Positions 1-14,846 of a stretch of DNA of 64,000 nt are shown here, piece after piece (positions within the stretch are counted from its first letter, which is position 1; each line of letters starts with the position of its first letter). Location: contig JANQNY010000045.1 of the NCBI GenBank assembly GCA_028279345.1, positions 3,569 through 67,568 of the forward strand, given 5' to 3'. The position numbers and the translations under genes were made by a program. The DNA comes from Geminicoccaceae bacterium. Its GTDB lineage: Bacteria > Pseudomonadota > Alphaproteobacteria > Geminicoccales > Geminicoccaceae. The notes under the pieces were generated by a model, which saw only the letters and a program-made list of their open reading frames with translations, had not been told where the DNA came from and searched no databases.

Positions 1-1238
<1,238 letters not shown>

Positions 1239-1239
1239 C

Positions 1240-3699
<2,460 letters not shown>

Positions 3700-3803
3700 C
3701 GTTCAAGCCCCGCGCGGAGCCGTCGCAAGGCGGTGGTTGTGCATCGCACTAGGTTCTAGGACGGAGGTCGGCACCGCTTCGTGCTGGCGAGGGGGAGACG
3801 GCG

Positions 3804-4838
3804 ATGGCGACGGAACGGACGAGCACGCGGAGCCGCCGCGGCGCCTCCGGTCGCGGGCAATCCAAGAAGACGGCGCTGCCGGACGCGGACACGCTGCTCG
3901 CCTACTACCGTGAGATGCTGCTCTTGCGTCGCTTCGAGGAGAAGGCCGGCCAGCTCTACGGCATGGGTCTCATCGGCGGCTTCTGCCACCTTTATATCGG
4001 TCAGGAGGCGGTCGCGACCGGCATCCAGCATGCGCTGGAACCGGGCGATACGGTGATCACGGGCTATCGCGACCATGGCCACATGCTGGCGACCGGCATG
4101 GACCCCAAGCGGGTCATGGCCGAGCTCACCGGCCGCATCGACGGCTACTCCAAGGGCAAGGGTGGCTCGATGCACATGTTCGCCCGCGACAAGGGCTTCT
4201 TCGGCGGTCATGGCATCGTTGCGGGCCAGGTGCCACTCGGCGCCGGACTGGCCTTCGCCCACAAGTACCGCGAGGATGGCGGGATCACGGTCTGCTATTT
4301 CGGCGATGGCGCCACCAATCAGGGCCAAGTCTACGAGACGTTCAACATGGCGGCCTTATGGAGCCTGCCGATCGTCTTCGTCATCGAGAACAACCGCTAC
4401 GGCATGGGCACGTCGCAAAAGCGTGCGGCGGCCGGCCAGCACCTCTACGAGCGCGGCGTGGCCTACGGCATTCCCGGCGAGGAGGTCGACGGCATGGACG
4501 TGCTGGCGGTGCGCGATGCCGCCGACAAGGCTACGGCCCACGCGCGCAAGGACGGGCCGATCATCCTCGAGGCGCTCACCTACCGCTATCGCGGTCACTC
4601 GATGTCCGATCCGGCCAAGTACCGGACCAAGGACGAGGTCCAGGAAATGCGCGAGCAGCGCGATCCGATCGAACAGCTCAAGAAGAAGATGGTCGACGCG
4701 GAGGTCACGGACGAAGACCAGCTGAAGGCCATGGACCGCGACATTCGCGAGATCGTGAACGAGTCGGCGCGCTTCGCCCAGGATAGTCCCGAGCCCGACC
4801 CTGCGGAGCTTTGGACCGACGTTTTGGTCGAGGCCTAG
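3804..4838 (+). CDS. pdhA: pyruvate dehydrogenase E1 component, alpha subunit
   Basis: YREMLLLRRFEEKAGQLYGMGLIGGFCHLYIGQEA and a ThDP-binding GDGATNQG motif. Confidence 0.95.
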   Translation: MATERTSTRSRRGASGRGQSKKTALPDADTLLAYYREMLLLRRFEEKAGQLYGMGLIGGFCHLYIGQEAVATGIQHALEPGDTVITGYRDHGHMLATGMDPKRVMAELTGRIDGYSKGKGGSMHMFARDKGFFGGHGIVAGQVPLGAGLAFAHKYREDGGITVCYFGDGATNQGQVYETFNMAALWSLPIVFVIENNRYGMGTSQKRAAAGQHLYERGVAYGIPGEEVDGMDVLAVRDAADKATAHARKDGPIILEALTYRYRGHSMSDPAKYRTKDEVQEMREQRDPIEQLKKKMVDAEVTDEDQLKAMDRDIREIVNESARFAQDSPEPDPAELWTDVLVEA

Positions 4839-4874
4839 GCGGCTTGCCGGCGGGGCGCCGGCCCGGGAGGAACC

Positions 4875-5124
4875 ATGCCGATCGAAATCCTGATGCCGGC
4901 GCTGTCGCCGACGATGACCGAGGGCACGCTGGCGCGGTGGCTGAAGAGCGAGGGTGACGAGGTGACGGCCGGCGATGTCATCGCCGAGATCGAAACCGAC
5001 AAGGCGACGATGGAGGTCGAGGCCGTCGACGAGGGAAAGCTCGGCCGCATTCTCGTGCCTGACGGCTCCGAACACGTCGCCGTCAACACGCCGATCGCGC
5101 TGATCCTTGCTGAGGGCGAGGACG
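4875..5124 (+). repeat. lipoyl-domain DNA repeat, copy 1 (pdhB 5' end)
   Basis: About 250 nt aligns without gaps to 6303-6552, roughly four-fifths identical by eye, with identical runs of up to 38 nt (atgccggcgctgtcgccgacgatgaccgagggcacgct). Confidence 0.85.
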
Positions 5125-6287
5125 CGACAGCGCTGGAGACGGACGGAAAGAATGCGCCGGCGCCGAAGTCAGCGGCCGAGCCGCAGGCGGCCGCGGCGCC
5201 GGACACGAAGGACGATCCGGCGCGTTCTTCCGAAGGGCCTAGCCTGCCCGCGGAGCCGCGCGCCGAGGCCGACGACGTGCCCGAGGTGCCGGACGGGACC
5301 GAGATGACGCGGCTTACCGTGCGCGAGGCGCTACGTGACGCGATGGCGGAGGAGATGCGCGCCGACGACCGCGTCTTCGTCATGGGCGAGGAGGTGGCTG
5401 AGTACCAGGGCGCCTACAAGGTCACCCAGGGTCTGCTCGAAGAGTTCAGCGCGCGGCGCGTCATCGACACGCCGATCACCGAATATGGCTTCGCCGGCCT
5501 GGGCGTTGGCGCGGCGATGGCGGGGCTCCGGCCGATCGTCGAGTTCATGACCTGGAACTTCGCCATGCAGGCGATCGACCACATCATCAATTCCGCGGCC
5601 AAGACGCTCTATATGGCCGGCGGCGAGCTGGGCTCGCCGATAGTCTTCCGTGGACCCAACGGTGCCGCGGCACGGGTGGCGGCCCAGCACAGCCAGGAAT
5701 ACTCCACCTGGTACGGCCACTGCCCCGGGCTCAAGGTCGTCGCACCCTATTCGGCGGCGGACGCGAAGGGCCTGTTGAAGGCGGCCATTCGGGATCCGAA
5801 CCCGGTCGTCTTTCTCGAGAACGAGATCCTCTACGGGCAGAGCTTCGACGTCCCGGTGCTTGATGACTTCACCCTGCCGATCGGCAAGGCCAAGGTGCTG
5901 CGGCCAGGCAAGGACGTGACCATCACCGCCTTCTCGCTGATGTGCGCGCGTGCGCTCGAAGCGGCCGAAGCGCTCGCCGGTGAGGGCATCGAGGCCGAAG
6001 TCATCGATCTCAGGACGATCCGGCCGCTCGATTCGGCGACCGTCGTCCGGTCGGTCATGAAGACCAACCGTCTCGTCTCGGTGGAGGAGGGCTGGCCGCG
6101 CTTCGGCATGGGCGCCGAGCTCGCCATGGTGATGATGGAGGACGCCTTCGACCATCTCGACGCGCCGGTGGCGCGCGTGACCGGCAAGGACGTGCCGATG
6201 CCTTACGCCGCCAACCTCGAGCAGCTGGCGCTGCCGCAGGTGCCGGATGTCGTCGAGGCGGCCAAGGCCGTCTGCTACCGGTCCTGA
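4875..6287 (+). CDS. pdhB: pyruvate dehydrogenase E1 component, beta subunit, with N-terminal lipoyl domain
   Basis: N-terminal lipoyl domain ([13 protein letters not shown]), an Ala/Pro linker, then a transketolase-like E1-beta core ([18 protein letters not shown]...). This is the typical alphaproteobacterial architecture. Confidence 0.95.
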   Translation: MPIEILMPALSPTMTEGTLARWLKSEGDEVTAGDVIAEIETDKATMEVEAVDEGKLGRILVPDGSEHVAVNTPIALILAEGEDATALETDGKNAPAPKSAAEPQAAAAPDTKDDPARSSEGPSLPAEPRAEADDVPEVPDGTEMTRLTVREALRDAMAEEMRADDRVFVMGEEVAEYQGAYKVTQGLLEEFSARRVIDTPITEYGFAGLGVGAAMAGLRPIVEFMTWNFAMQAIDHIINSAAKTLYMAGGELGSPIVFRGPNGAAARVAAQHSQEYSTWYGHCPGLKVVAPYSAADAKGLLKAAIRDPNPVVFLENEILYGQSFDVPVLDDFTLPIGKAKVLRPGKDVTITAFSLMCARALEAAEALAGEGIEAEVIDLRTIRPLDSATVVRSVMKTNRLVSVEEGWPRFGMGAELAMVMMEDAFDHLDAPVARVTGKDVPMPYAANLEQLALPQVPDVVEAAKAVCYRS

Positions 6288-6302
6288 GGCGGGGAGGACA
6301 CG

Positions 6303-6552
6303 ATGCCGATCGAGATCCTCATGCCGGCGCTGTCGCCGACGATGACCGAGGGCACGCTCGCGAGCTGGCAGAAGAACGAAGGCGACAAGGTCGAGCCAGG
6401 CGACGTCATCGCCGAGATCGAGACCGACAAGGCGACGATGGAGGTAGAGGCCGTCGACGAGGGCGTCTTGGGCAAGATCCTCGTGCCCGCCGGTTCCGAG
6501 CATGTGGCGGTCAACACCCGCATCGCCCTCTTGCTTGCCGAGGGCGAGGATG
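6303..6552 (+). repeat. lipoyl-domain DNA repeat, copy 2 (pdhC 5' end)
   Basis: See copy 1. Confidence 0.85.
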
Positions 6553-7592
6553 CCTCGGCGCTCGACGAGGCTGCGGCGCAGCCATCGACGCCGCTGGCGG
6601 AGCGACAGGGTAACGGTGCGGCCCAGCCGACGCAGGCTCGCCAGACTGAGGCGGAGCCAGCAGAGGCCAAATCGGAGGCGCCCCAGGACGGCGGCGACCG
6701 CATCATTGCCAGCCCGCTCGCCAGGCGCATGGCGAAGCAGGCGGGGCTCGATTTGAAGGCGCTACGCGGCAGTGGCCCGCACGGTCGCATCATCAAAGTC
6801 GACATCGAGGCGGCGCTCGCCGCAGGCAAGGGGCGCGCGGCTGCCGGCGAGACGCCCGCTGCAGCGGAGCCGCCAGCTCCGTCGCCGGCCACCGCGCCGC
6901 CGGCCGGCGGCTTCGAGGAGATTCCCCTCAACAACATGCGCAAGACGATCGCGCGGCGCCTCACCGAGGCCAAGCGCGACATCCCGCACTTCTATCTCGA
7001 GGTCGACGTCGAGATCGACGCGCTCTTGCGGATTCGTGCCGACCTCAACGCGCGCGTCGGTGCCGACTACAAGCTCTCGGTCAACGACTTCGTCATCAAG
7101 GCCTGTGCCGTGGCGCTGAAGCGGGTGCCTAACGCCAATGCCAGCTTCGGTGGCGACAAGATCTACAAGTATCAGGACGTCGACATCTCGGTGGCGGTGG
7201 CGATCGACGGTGGGCTCATCACCCCGGTCCTGCGCCATGCCGACCAGAAGGGCCTCGCCACCATTTCCAACGAGATGAAGGCGCTCGCCGCCCGGGCGCG
7301 GGACGGCAAGCTGCAGCCCGAGGAGTACCAGGGTGGCGGCTTCACCATCTCCAATCTCGGCATGTACGGGATCAAGGCGTTCCAAGCGGTCATCAACCCG
7401 CCGCAGGCCTGCATCCTCGCCGTTGGCGCCGGCGAGGAGCGGCCGGTGGTCAAAGACGGCGCGCTCGCGGTGGCGAACGTCGTCACCTTGAACCTCTCGG
7501 TCGACCACCGGGTCGTCGACGGCGCCCTGGGCGCCGAGGTGCTGGGCCAGATCAAGTCGGTGCTCGAAGACCCGATGGCGCTCTTGCTCTGA
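6303..7592 (+). CDS. pdhC: dihydrolipoamide acetyltransferase (E2)
   Basis: Lipoyl domain, E3-binding domain (ASPLARRMAKQAGLDL) and catalytic DHRVVDGA motif. Confidence 0.95.
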   Translation: MPIEILMPALSPTMTEGTLASWQKNEGDKVEPGDVIAEIETDKATMEVEAVDEGVLGKILVPAGSEHVAVNTRIALLLAEGEDASALDEAAAQPSTPLAERQGNGAAQPTQARQTEAEPAEAKSEAPQDGGDRIIASPLARRMAKQAGLDLKALRGSGPHGRIIKVDIEAALAAGKGRAAAGETPAAAEPPAPSPATAPPAGGFEEIPLNNMRKTIARRLTEAKRDIPHFYLEVDVEIDALLRIRADLNARVGADYKLSVNDFVIKACAVALKRVPNANASFGGDKIYKYQDVDISVAVAIDGGLITPVLRHADQKGLATISNEMKALAARARDGKLQPEEYQGGGFTISNLGMYGIKAFQAVINPPQACILAVGAGEERPVVKDGALAVANVVTLNLSVDHRVVDGALGAEVLGQIKSVLEDPMALLL

Positions 7593-7629
7593 TCGCCGCG
7601 CGCGACCGACCAACGACAAGGAGAGCTTC

Positions 7630-9030
7630 ATGGCAGAAACGGCCGACGTCGCGGTCGTCGGTGGCGGCCCCGGTGGCTATGTCGCGGCGATCCGGGCGGC
7701 GCAGCTGGGGTTGAAGACCGTGCTCGTCGAGCGCGAGCATCTGGGCGGCATCTGCCTCAACTGGGGGTGCATCCCCACGAAGGCACTACTGCGCTCCGGC
7801 GAGGTGTTCGACCTGATGCACCATCTGGGCGAGTTCGGCTTCGCGGCCGACAACCTGCGCTACGACTTCAAGGCTGTGATCAAGCGCTCGCGGCGTGTGG
7901 CCGATCAGCTCTCGCGCGGCGTCGCGCACCTTCTGAAGAAGAACAAGGTGCAGGTGATCGATGGCGAGGCGCGGCTCGCCGGCAAGCACCGCTTGGCGGT
8001 CAAGACCAAGAAGAGCGACGGGGAGACGGTCGAGGCCAAGCACATCATCCTCGCCACCGGCGCGCGCGCCCGCCAGCTACCGGGACTGGAGGCGGATGGG
8101 AAACTGGTGTGGACCTACAAGGAGGCGATGGTCCCGCAAGCGATTCCCAAATCCCTGCTGGTCGTGGGGTCCGGCGCCATCGGCATCGAGTTCGCGAGCT
8201 TCTACCGCTCGATGGGTGCCGAGGTGACCGTCATCGAGGTCGTGGACCGCATTCTGCCGGTCGAGGACGCCGAGATCTCGGCCTTTGCGCAGAAGCAGCT
8301 CGAGAAGCGTGGCATGCGGCTGGAGACGGGCGCAACCGTCAAGAAGCTCGAGCCAGGCCGCGACGCGGTGAAGGTCAGCGTCGAGCTGCAGGGCGGCAAG
8401 GCGGAGACGATCACGGTCGACCGGGTGATTCTCGCCGTCGGCATCGTCGGAAATACCGAACATCTCGGGCTCGAAGGCACCGGTGTTGAGGTCGAGCGGG
8501 GCCACATCAAGGTTGACCCCTATCTCCGCACCGGCGAGCCGGGCGTCTACGCCATCGGCGACGTGGTGGGTGCGCCCTGGCTCGCCCACAAGGCGAGCCA
8601 CGAGGGTGTGCTCTGCGTCGAGCAGATTGCGGGCGTCGAAGGGCTGCACCCGATGGACATCACGAAGATCCCCGGCTGCACCTACTGCACGCCTCAGGTC
8701 GCCTCGGTGGGCTTGACCGAGGCGGCGGCCAAGGAGGCGGGTTACGACATCAAGGTCGGGCGGTTTCCCTTCATCGGCAATGGCAAGGCGATCGCGCTCG
8801 GTGAGCCCGACGGCATGGTGAAGACGGTGTTCGATGCCGCCACGGGCGAACTGTTGGGTGCCCACATGGTTGGCGCTGAGGTGACGGAGCTGATCCAGGG
8901 GTACGTCTTGGCGCGGCAATTGGAAGCGACCGAGCTCGATTTGATGCACACGATCTTCCCGCACCCCACCTTGTCCGAGATGATGCACGAATCCGTGCTG
9001 GACGCGTATGGTCGCGCGATCCACTTTTAG
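7630..9030 (+). CDS. lpdA: dihydrolipoyl dehydrogenase (E3)
   Basis: GGGPGGYVAAIRAAQLG FAD motif, redox-active CLNWGCIPTK, and C-terminal HPTLSE. Confidence 0.95.
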   Translation: MAETADVAVVGGGPGGYVAAIRAAQLGLKTVLVEREHLGGICLNWGCIPTKALLRSGEVFDLMHHLGEFGFAADNLRYDFKAVIKRSRRVADQLSRGVAHLLKKNKVQVIDGEARLAGKHRLAVKTKKSDGETVEAKHIILATGARARQLPGLEADGKLVWTYKEAMVPQAIPKSLLVVGSGAIGIEFASFYRSMGAEVTVIEVVDRILPVEDAEISAFAQKQLEKRGMRLETGATVKKLEPGRDAVKVSVELQGGKAETITVDRVILAVGIVGNTEHLGLEGTGVEVERGHIKVDPYLRTGEPGVYAIGDVVGAPWLAHKASHEGVLCVEQIAGVEGLHPMDITKIPGCTYCTPQVASVGLTEAAAKEAGYDIKVGRFPFIGNGKAIALGEPDGMVKTVFDAATGELLGAHMVGAEVTELIQGYVLARQLEATELDLMHTIFPHPTLSEMMHESVLDAYGRAIHF

Positions 9031-9051
9031 GAAGCAACCAACGAGGAGCCG

Positions 9052-10008
9052 ATGGCCACCGTCACGGTCAAGGCCGGGCCCGAGCAGCGCCCCGAACGCG
9101 CGCCTCTAGATGGTGCCCCGCAGCGGAAACCCAACTGGATCCGGGTGAAGGCCCCGACCCACCCGGTCTACTTCGAGACCAAGAAGCTCTTGCGCAAGAA
9201 GAGCCTGCACACGGTCTGCGAGGAAGCGGCCTGCCCGAATATCGGCGAATGCTGGTCCAAGCGGCACGCCACGGTGATGATCCTCGGCGACACGTGCACC
9301 CGCGCCTGCGCCTTTTGCAACGTCAAGACCGGCGCACCCCGGGCCGTCGACGCGGGTGAGCCCGAGCATCTGGCCGACGTGGTCGAGACGATGCAGCTGG
9401 AGCATGTGGTTATCACCTCAGTCGATCGCGACGACCTCGAGGATGGTGGTTCGAGGCAGTTCGTGCGCTGCATCGAGGCCATTCGCCGCCGGCGACCGGC
9501 GACGACGATCGAGATCCTGACGCCCGATTTTCTGAGGAAGCCGCGCTCCGTCGTCGACGCGATCGTGGATGCGCGGCCGGACGTCTACAACCACAATCTC
9601 GAGACGGTACCGCGGCTCTACCGGACGGTACGGCCCGGTGCCCGCTACTACCACTCGCTCCGGCTCTTGGACCACGTGAAGCAGCGCGACCCGCTTCTCT
9701 TCACCAAGTCCGGGCTGATGGTCGGGCTCGGCGAGGAGAAGCGGGAACTTCTGCAGGTGATGGACGACCTACGCATGGCCGACGTCGATTTCTTGACGAT
9801 CGGCCAGTACCTCCGGCCGACGCCGCGCCACCACGCCGTCGAGCGCTTCGTCGAGCCCGCAGAGTTCGACGGTTTCGCGCGGGCGGCACGGGCCAAGGGC
9901 TTCCTCCTGGTGTCGTCGACGCCGCTCACGCGCAGCTCCTATCACGCAGGCGACGATTTCCAGCGCTTGCGCGCGGCGCGTACGGCCCAGCTCGAAGCGG
10001 CGGGCTGA
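9052..10008 (+). CDS. lipA: lipoyl synthase
   Basis: [12 protein letters not shown] and radical-SAM CTRACAFC cysteine clusters. Confidence 0.95.
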   Translation: MATVTVKAGPEQRPERAPLDGAPQRKPNWIRVKAPTHPVYFETKKLLRKKSLHTVCEEAACPNIGECWSKRHATVMILGDTCTRACAFCNVKTGAPRAVDAGEPEHLADVVETMQLEHVVITSVDRDDLEDGGSRQFVRCIEAIRRRRPATTIEILTPDFLRKPRSVVDAIVDARPDVYNHNLETVPRLYRTVRPGARYYHSLRLLDHVKQRDPLLFTKSGLMVGLGEEKRELLQVMDDLRMADVDFLTIGQYLRPTPRHHAVERFVEPAEFDGFARAARAKGFLLVSSTPLTRSSYHAGDDFQRLRAARTAQLEAAG

Positions 10009-10012
10009 GCGG

Positions 10013-10504
10013 ATGCCGACCCACGCCGAGAAGCGCCATCTTCCCTACACGCCGGATGAGCTCTACGAACTCGTCGCCGGGGTCGACAAATATCCGGACT
10101 TTCTGCCCTGGTGTAAGGCTGCGCGGATCACCCGTCGGGACGGCGACAGCTTTGAGGCCGACCTGGTGATCGCCTTCAAGATCTACCGCGAGCGGTTTCG
10201 CTCGCGCGTCGATCTCCATCCCGACACCCACCGGATCGACGTCGCTTATGTCGATGGACCGTTCCGCTACCTCAACAACCACTGGCACTTCGCGCCGGCC
10301 GACGACGGCGGCTGCATTCTCGACTTCTATGTCGACTTCGAGTTCAAGTCGCGCGTGCTGCAGAAACTGATCGGCCTCTTGTTCAACGAGGCGGTGCGCC
10401 GGATGGTGGCGGCGTTCGAGGCGCGGGCGCGCGACCTCTATGGCACGCGCCCGCCGTCACGTCGGCTCGGTGTCACCAGCGACCTCGCCGCCTCCAGCCG
10501 CTAG
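10013..10504 (+). CDS. SRPBCC-fold RatA/Coq10-like protein
   Basis: The sequence has the character of the polyketide cyclase/START-like family (YPDFLPWC..., FEFKSRVL). The position after lipA is conserved in alphaproteobacteria. Confidence 0.75.
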   Translation: MPTHAEKRHLPYTPDELYELVAGVDKYPDFLPWCKAARITRRDGDSFEADLVIAFKIYRERFRSRVDLHPDTHRIDVAYVDGPFRYLNNHWHFAPADDGGCILDFYVDFEFKSRVLQKLIGLLFNEAVRRMVAAFEARARDLYGTRPPSRRLGVTSDLAASSR

Positions 10505-10957
10505 CGCCAAGAGTTCCAGCGCGGCTTCGACCGTTGCCGCACGGACCTGGGCCCGCGTGCCGGGGAAGACGCTCGCCCGATGAAGGGTTGCTGTGGGGCT
10601 GGCGGCCGCGAGATGAACCAGCCCCACGGGCTTCCCCGGCGTCGCGCCGCCGGGCCCGGCAATGCCCGTGACGGCGATCGCGAGGTCGACGGCGAGCCGT
10701 CGCCGGCAGCCTTCGGCCATCTCGCGGGCCGCAGCCTCGCTCACGGCGCCGTCGCTGGCGAGCGTGGCCGCGGAGACGCCGAGCTCGCGCTCCTTGACCG
10801 CGTTGGCGTAGGCGACGATGCCGCCCTCGACCACGTCTGAGGAGCCGGCGATGTCGGTGAGGCGCCCGGCAACGAGCCCGCCGGTGCAGCTCTCCGCCGT
10901 GGCCAGGCGCCAGCCGCGCTGCCGGCAGAGGTCCAGAACCTGCTGAGCTGTCGTCAT
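10457..10957 (-). CDS. CinA C-terminal domain protein / nicotinamide-nucleotide amidohydrolase PncC-like
   Basis: LATAESCTGGLVAGRLTDIAGSSDVVEGGIVAYANAVK is the canonical CinA_C motif. I used the internal ATG at 10957; the ORF-track upstream extension is Arg/Ser-rich junk overlapping ispDF. Confidence 0.85.
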   Translation of the reverse strand: MTTAQQVLDLCRQRGWRLATAESCTGGLVAGRLTDIAGSSDVVEGGIVAYANAVKERELGVSAATLASDGAVSEAAAREMAEGCRRRLAVDLAIAVTGIAGPGGATPGKPVGLVHLAAASPTATLHRASVFPGTRAQVRAATVEAALELLALAAGGGEVAGDTEPT

Positions 10958-10967
10958 CGCGCCGCGC

Positions 10968-12113
10968 TCATGCCGGGAAGAGGACGGTGGCGGCCGCCTG
11001 AGCCGCGATACCCTCGCCGCGCCCGGTGAAGCCGAGCCGTTCGGTGGTCGTCGCCTTGATGCTGCAGCGCTCCGGCGCGAGACCGGTGATGGCGGCGATG
11101 CGGGCGCGCATGGCTTCGCGATGCGGCCCGATGCGCGGCTGCTCGCAGAGGATCGTGAGGTCGAGATGCCCGATATGGCCGCCCTCCGCCGCGACGCGCC
11201 GGCGGGCCTCGTCGAGGAAGAGCGCGCTGTCGGCGCCCCGCCACCGCTCCTCGGTCGGTGGGAAGAGCGTGCCGATGTCGCCGATACCGACCGTGCCCAA
11301 AAGCGCGTCGGTGAGCGCATGGAGTGCGACGTCGGCGTCCGAGTGGCCGATCAGGCGCAGCGCGCACGGGATGGTTATGCCGCCCAGAACGACGCCGTCG
11401 CCGGGCTCGAGGCGATGGACGTCGAAGCCCGTGCCGACGCGCGGCACGGTCGCTGCACCGAGCAAGCGTTCCGCCAAGTGGAGATCCTCCGGTTCGGTGA
11501 CCTTGAGATTGAGCGGGTCACCCTCGACCACGTGCACGGGCACGCCCAGCCGTTCGACGAGACCGGCGTCGTCGGTCGCTTCATCACCCGCCGCATGGGC
11601 CCGAGCCAGCACGTCCATGGCGAAACCCTGTGGCGTCTGCACCGCGACGAGGCCGGTCCGGTCGACTGTGCCGGCGACCCTGGTGTCGGCCGTTCGCTTC
11701 AGCGTGTCGCGGACCGCAAGCGCGGGAACGACGGCTTCCCCGTCGACGAGGGCCGCAATGATCCGATCGACCAGCGGCGCGCGTAGCAGCGGACGCGCCG
11801 CGTCGTGGATGAGCACGTGGGTGGCACCCAGCGGCGCCAGGGCCGCGAGCGCGCGGCGGACCGACGCACTGCGCGATGCGCCACCGGTCACCGGCGGTAG
11901 GCTGGGCAGATCGCCACAGCTTTGCGCGAAGCGGTGCGCGTCGTCGGCGCCGATCACCGGCAGGACCGCGGCGATACCGTCGTGGGCCAGCAGGGTCTCC
12001 AGTGCGCGGCGGAAGATGGTGCGGCCGGCCAGATGCCGATACTGTTTGGGGGCGTCGCCGCCGAAGCGGCTCCCGGTTCCCGCGCCGACCACGACGGCGT
12101 GGATCTTCTGCAT
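10968..12113 (-). CDS. ispDF: bifunctional MEP cytidylyltransferase / MEcPP synthase
   Basis: IspD N-terminus (VVVGAGTGSRFG) fused to IspF (GTGFDVHRL...GHSDADVALHAL). Confidence 0.93.
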   Translation of the reverse strand: MQKIHAVVVGAGTGSRFGGDAPKQYRHLAGRTIFRRALETLLAHDGIAAVLPVIGADDAHRFAQSCGDLPSLPPVTGGASRSASVRRALAALAPLGATHVLIHDAARPLLRAPLVDRIIAALVDGEAVVPALAVRDTLKRTADTRVAGTVDRTGLVAVQTPQGFAMDVLARAHAAGDEATDDAGLVERLGVPVHVVEGDPLNLKVTEPEDLHLAERLLGAATVPRVGTGFDVHRLEPGDGVVLGGITIPCALRLIGHSDADVALHALTDALLGTVGIGDIGTLFPPTEERWRGADSALFLDEARRRVAAEGGHIGHLDLTILCEQPRIGPHREAMRARIAAITGLAPERCSIKATTTERLGFTGRGEGIAAQAAATVLFPA

Positions 12114-12226
12114 CTCGTCTTCCGTCGAAGCTCGCCGGTGCGGCACGGTAGTCGTGCCCGGCTCGGAGGCAAGTGTAGTTGTGCTGGGGTGGGCGGCGCT
12201 CTAGGATGCCAAAAAACTAGGCATAT

Positions 12227-13359
12227 ATGCGTGGAGCGACGTCGTTGCCGGATGTTTTAGCAGTGGTGCCGCGCGACTCGGCGGCAGCGCCGATGCCGCT
12301 TGACCGCGCCGTTCTGGGAGCGATCCCGAGCGCGCTGCTCGTGGTCACAACGCAGCTCCGTTTCGCCTATGTCAACCCGGCGGGCGAGCAGATGCTGGGC
12401 GCCAGCGACACCTTTTTGCGCGGCCGCGCCGTCGAGGACCTGTTGGCTTCGGACGCGCAAGCGCTGTCACTGATCGGTGAGGTGCTCGCCGGGGGACACT
12501 CGGTGTCGCACTACGGCGTCACCTTCTCGACCCGCCGCGCCCATTCGCACCTCGTCGACATCCACGTGAGCCCGCTCGGCGATCCACCGAGCGAGGTGCT
12601 GATCGTCCTGCAGAAGTGCTCGGTCGCACGCCAGCTCGGCCAGCAGCTCACCAACCGCTCGGCCGCGCGCTCGGTGGCGCAGTTGGCGGCCATGCTGGCG
12701 CATGAGGTCAAGAACCCGCTCTCTGGCATCCGCGGTGCGGCACAGCTCCTCGAGGGCGGCCTCGACACCGACGATCGCCAGCTCGTGCAGCTCATCTGCG
12801 ACGAGACCGATCGCATCGTCGCTCTGGTCGATCGCATGGAGCAGTTCACCGAGAACCGTCCGCTGGTGCGCCAGCCCGTGAACGTGCATCGGGTGCTCGA
12901 ACACGTGCGGCGGCTGGCGGAGACCGGCTTCGGCCGCAATCTGCGTCTGGTCGAGCGCTACGATCCGTCGCTGCCGGCGGTCGGCGGCGATCGCGACAAG
13001 CTCGTCCAGGTCTTCTTGAACCTCGTCAAGAACGCCTGCGAGGCGGCGACGGTATCCGGCTCGGAGGTGCGGCTCGTGACCCACTATCGCCACGGGCTCC
13101 GCATCGGTCAGCGCAACAGCCGTGAGCGCCTCGAACTGCCGATTACCATCGAGATCTGGGACGACGGCCCCGGGGTGCCCGACGAATTGCAGGCGCACCT
13201 CTTCGAGCCCTTCGTGACGGGCCGCGCCACCGGCACCGGTCTCGGGCTGTCGCTGGTCGCCAAGATCGTCGACGACCATGGCGGCGTGGTGGACTTCCAA
13301 AACCTTCCGAACGGCACGGTGTTTCGCGTGAGCCTTCCGGCGCACGCGGGCGACGAGGG

Positions 13360-13363
<4 letters not shown>
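12227..13363 (+). CDS. ntrB: nitrogen regulation sensor histidine kinase
   Basis: PAS-like N-terminus, H-box [19 protein letters not shown], and G-boxes (DDGPGVP, GTGLGLS). It lies directly upstream of ntrC. Confidence 0.88.
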
Positions 13364-14814
<1,451 letters not shown>

Positions 14815-14846
14815 TCTTGGAACGTGTGTCGACATGGCGGATTGCG

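Noticed and set aside
10457-10504. 48-nt convergent overlap of the ratA-like and cinA-like genes as a possible antisense regulatory feature.
   Set aside because: Both overlapping tails look like non-conserved extensions (stop-codon drift in GC-rich DNA). Nothing indicates function.
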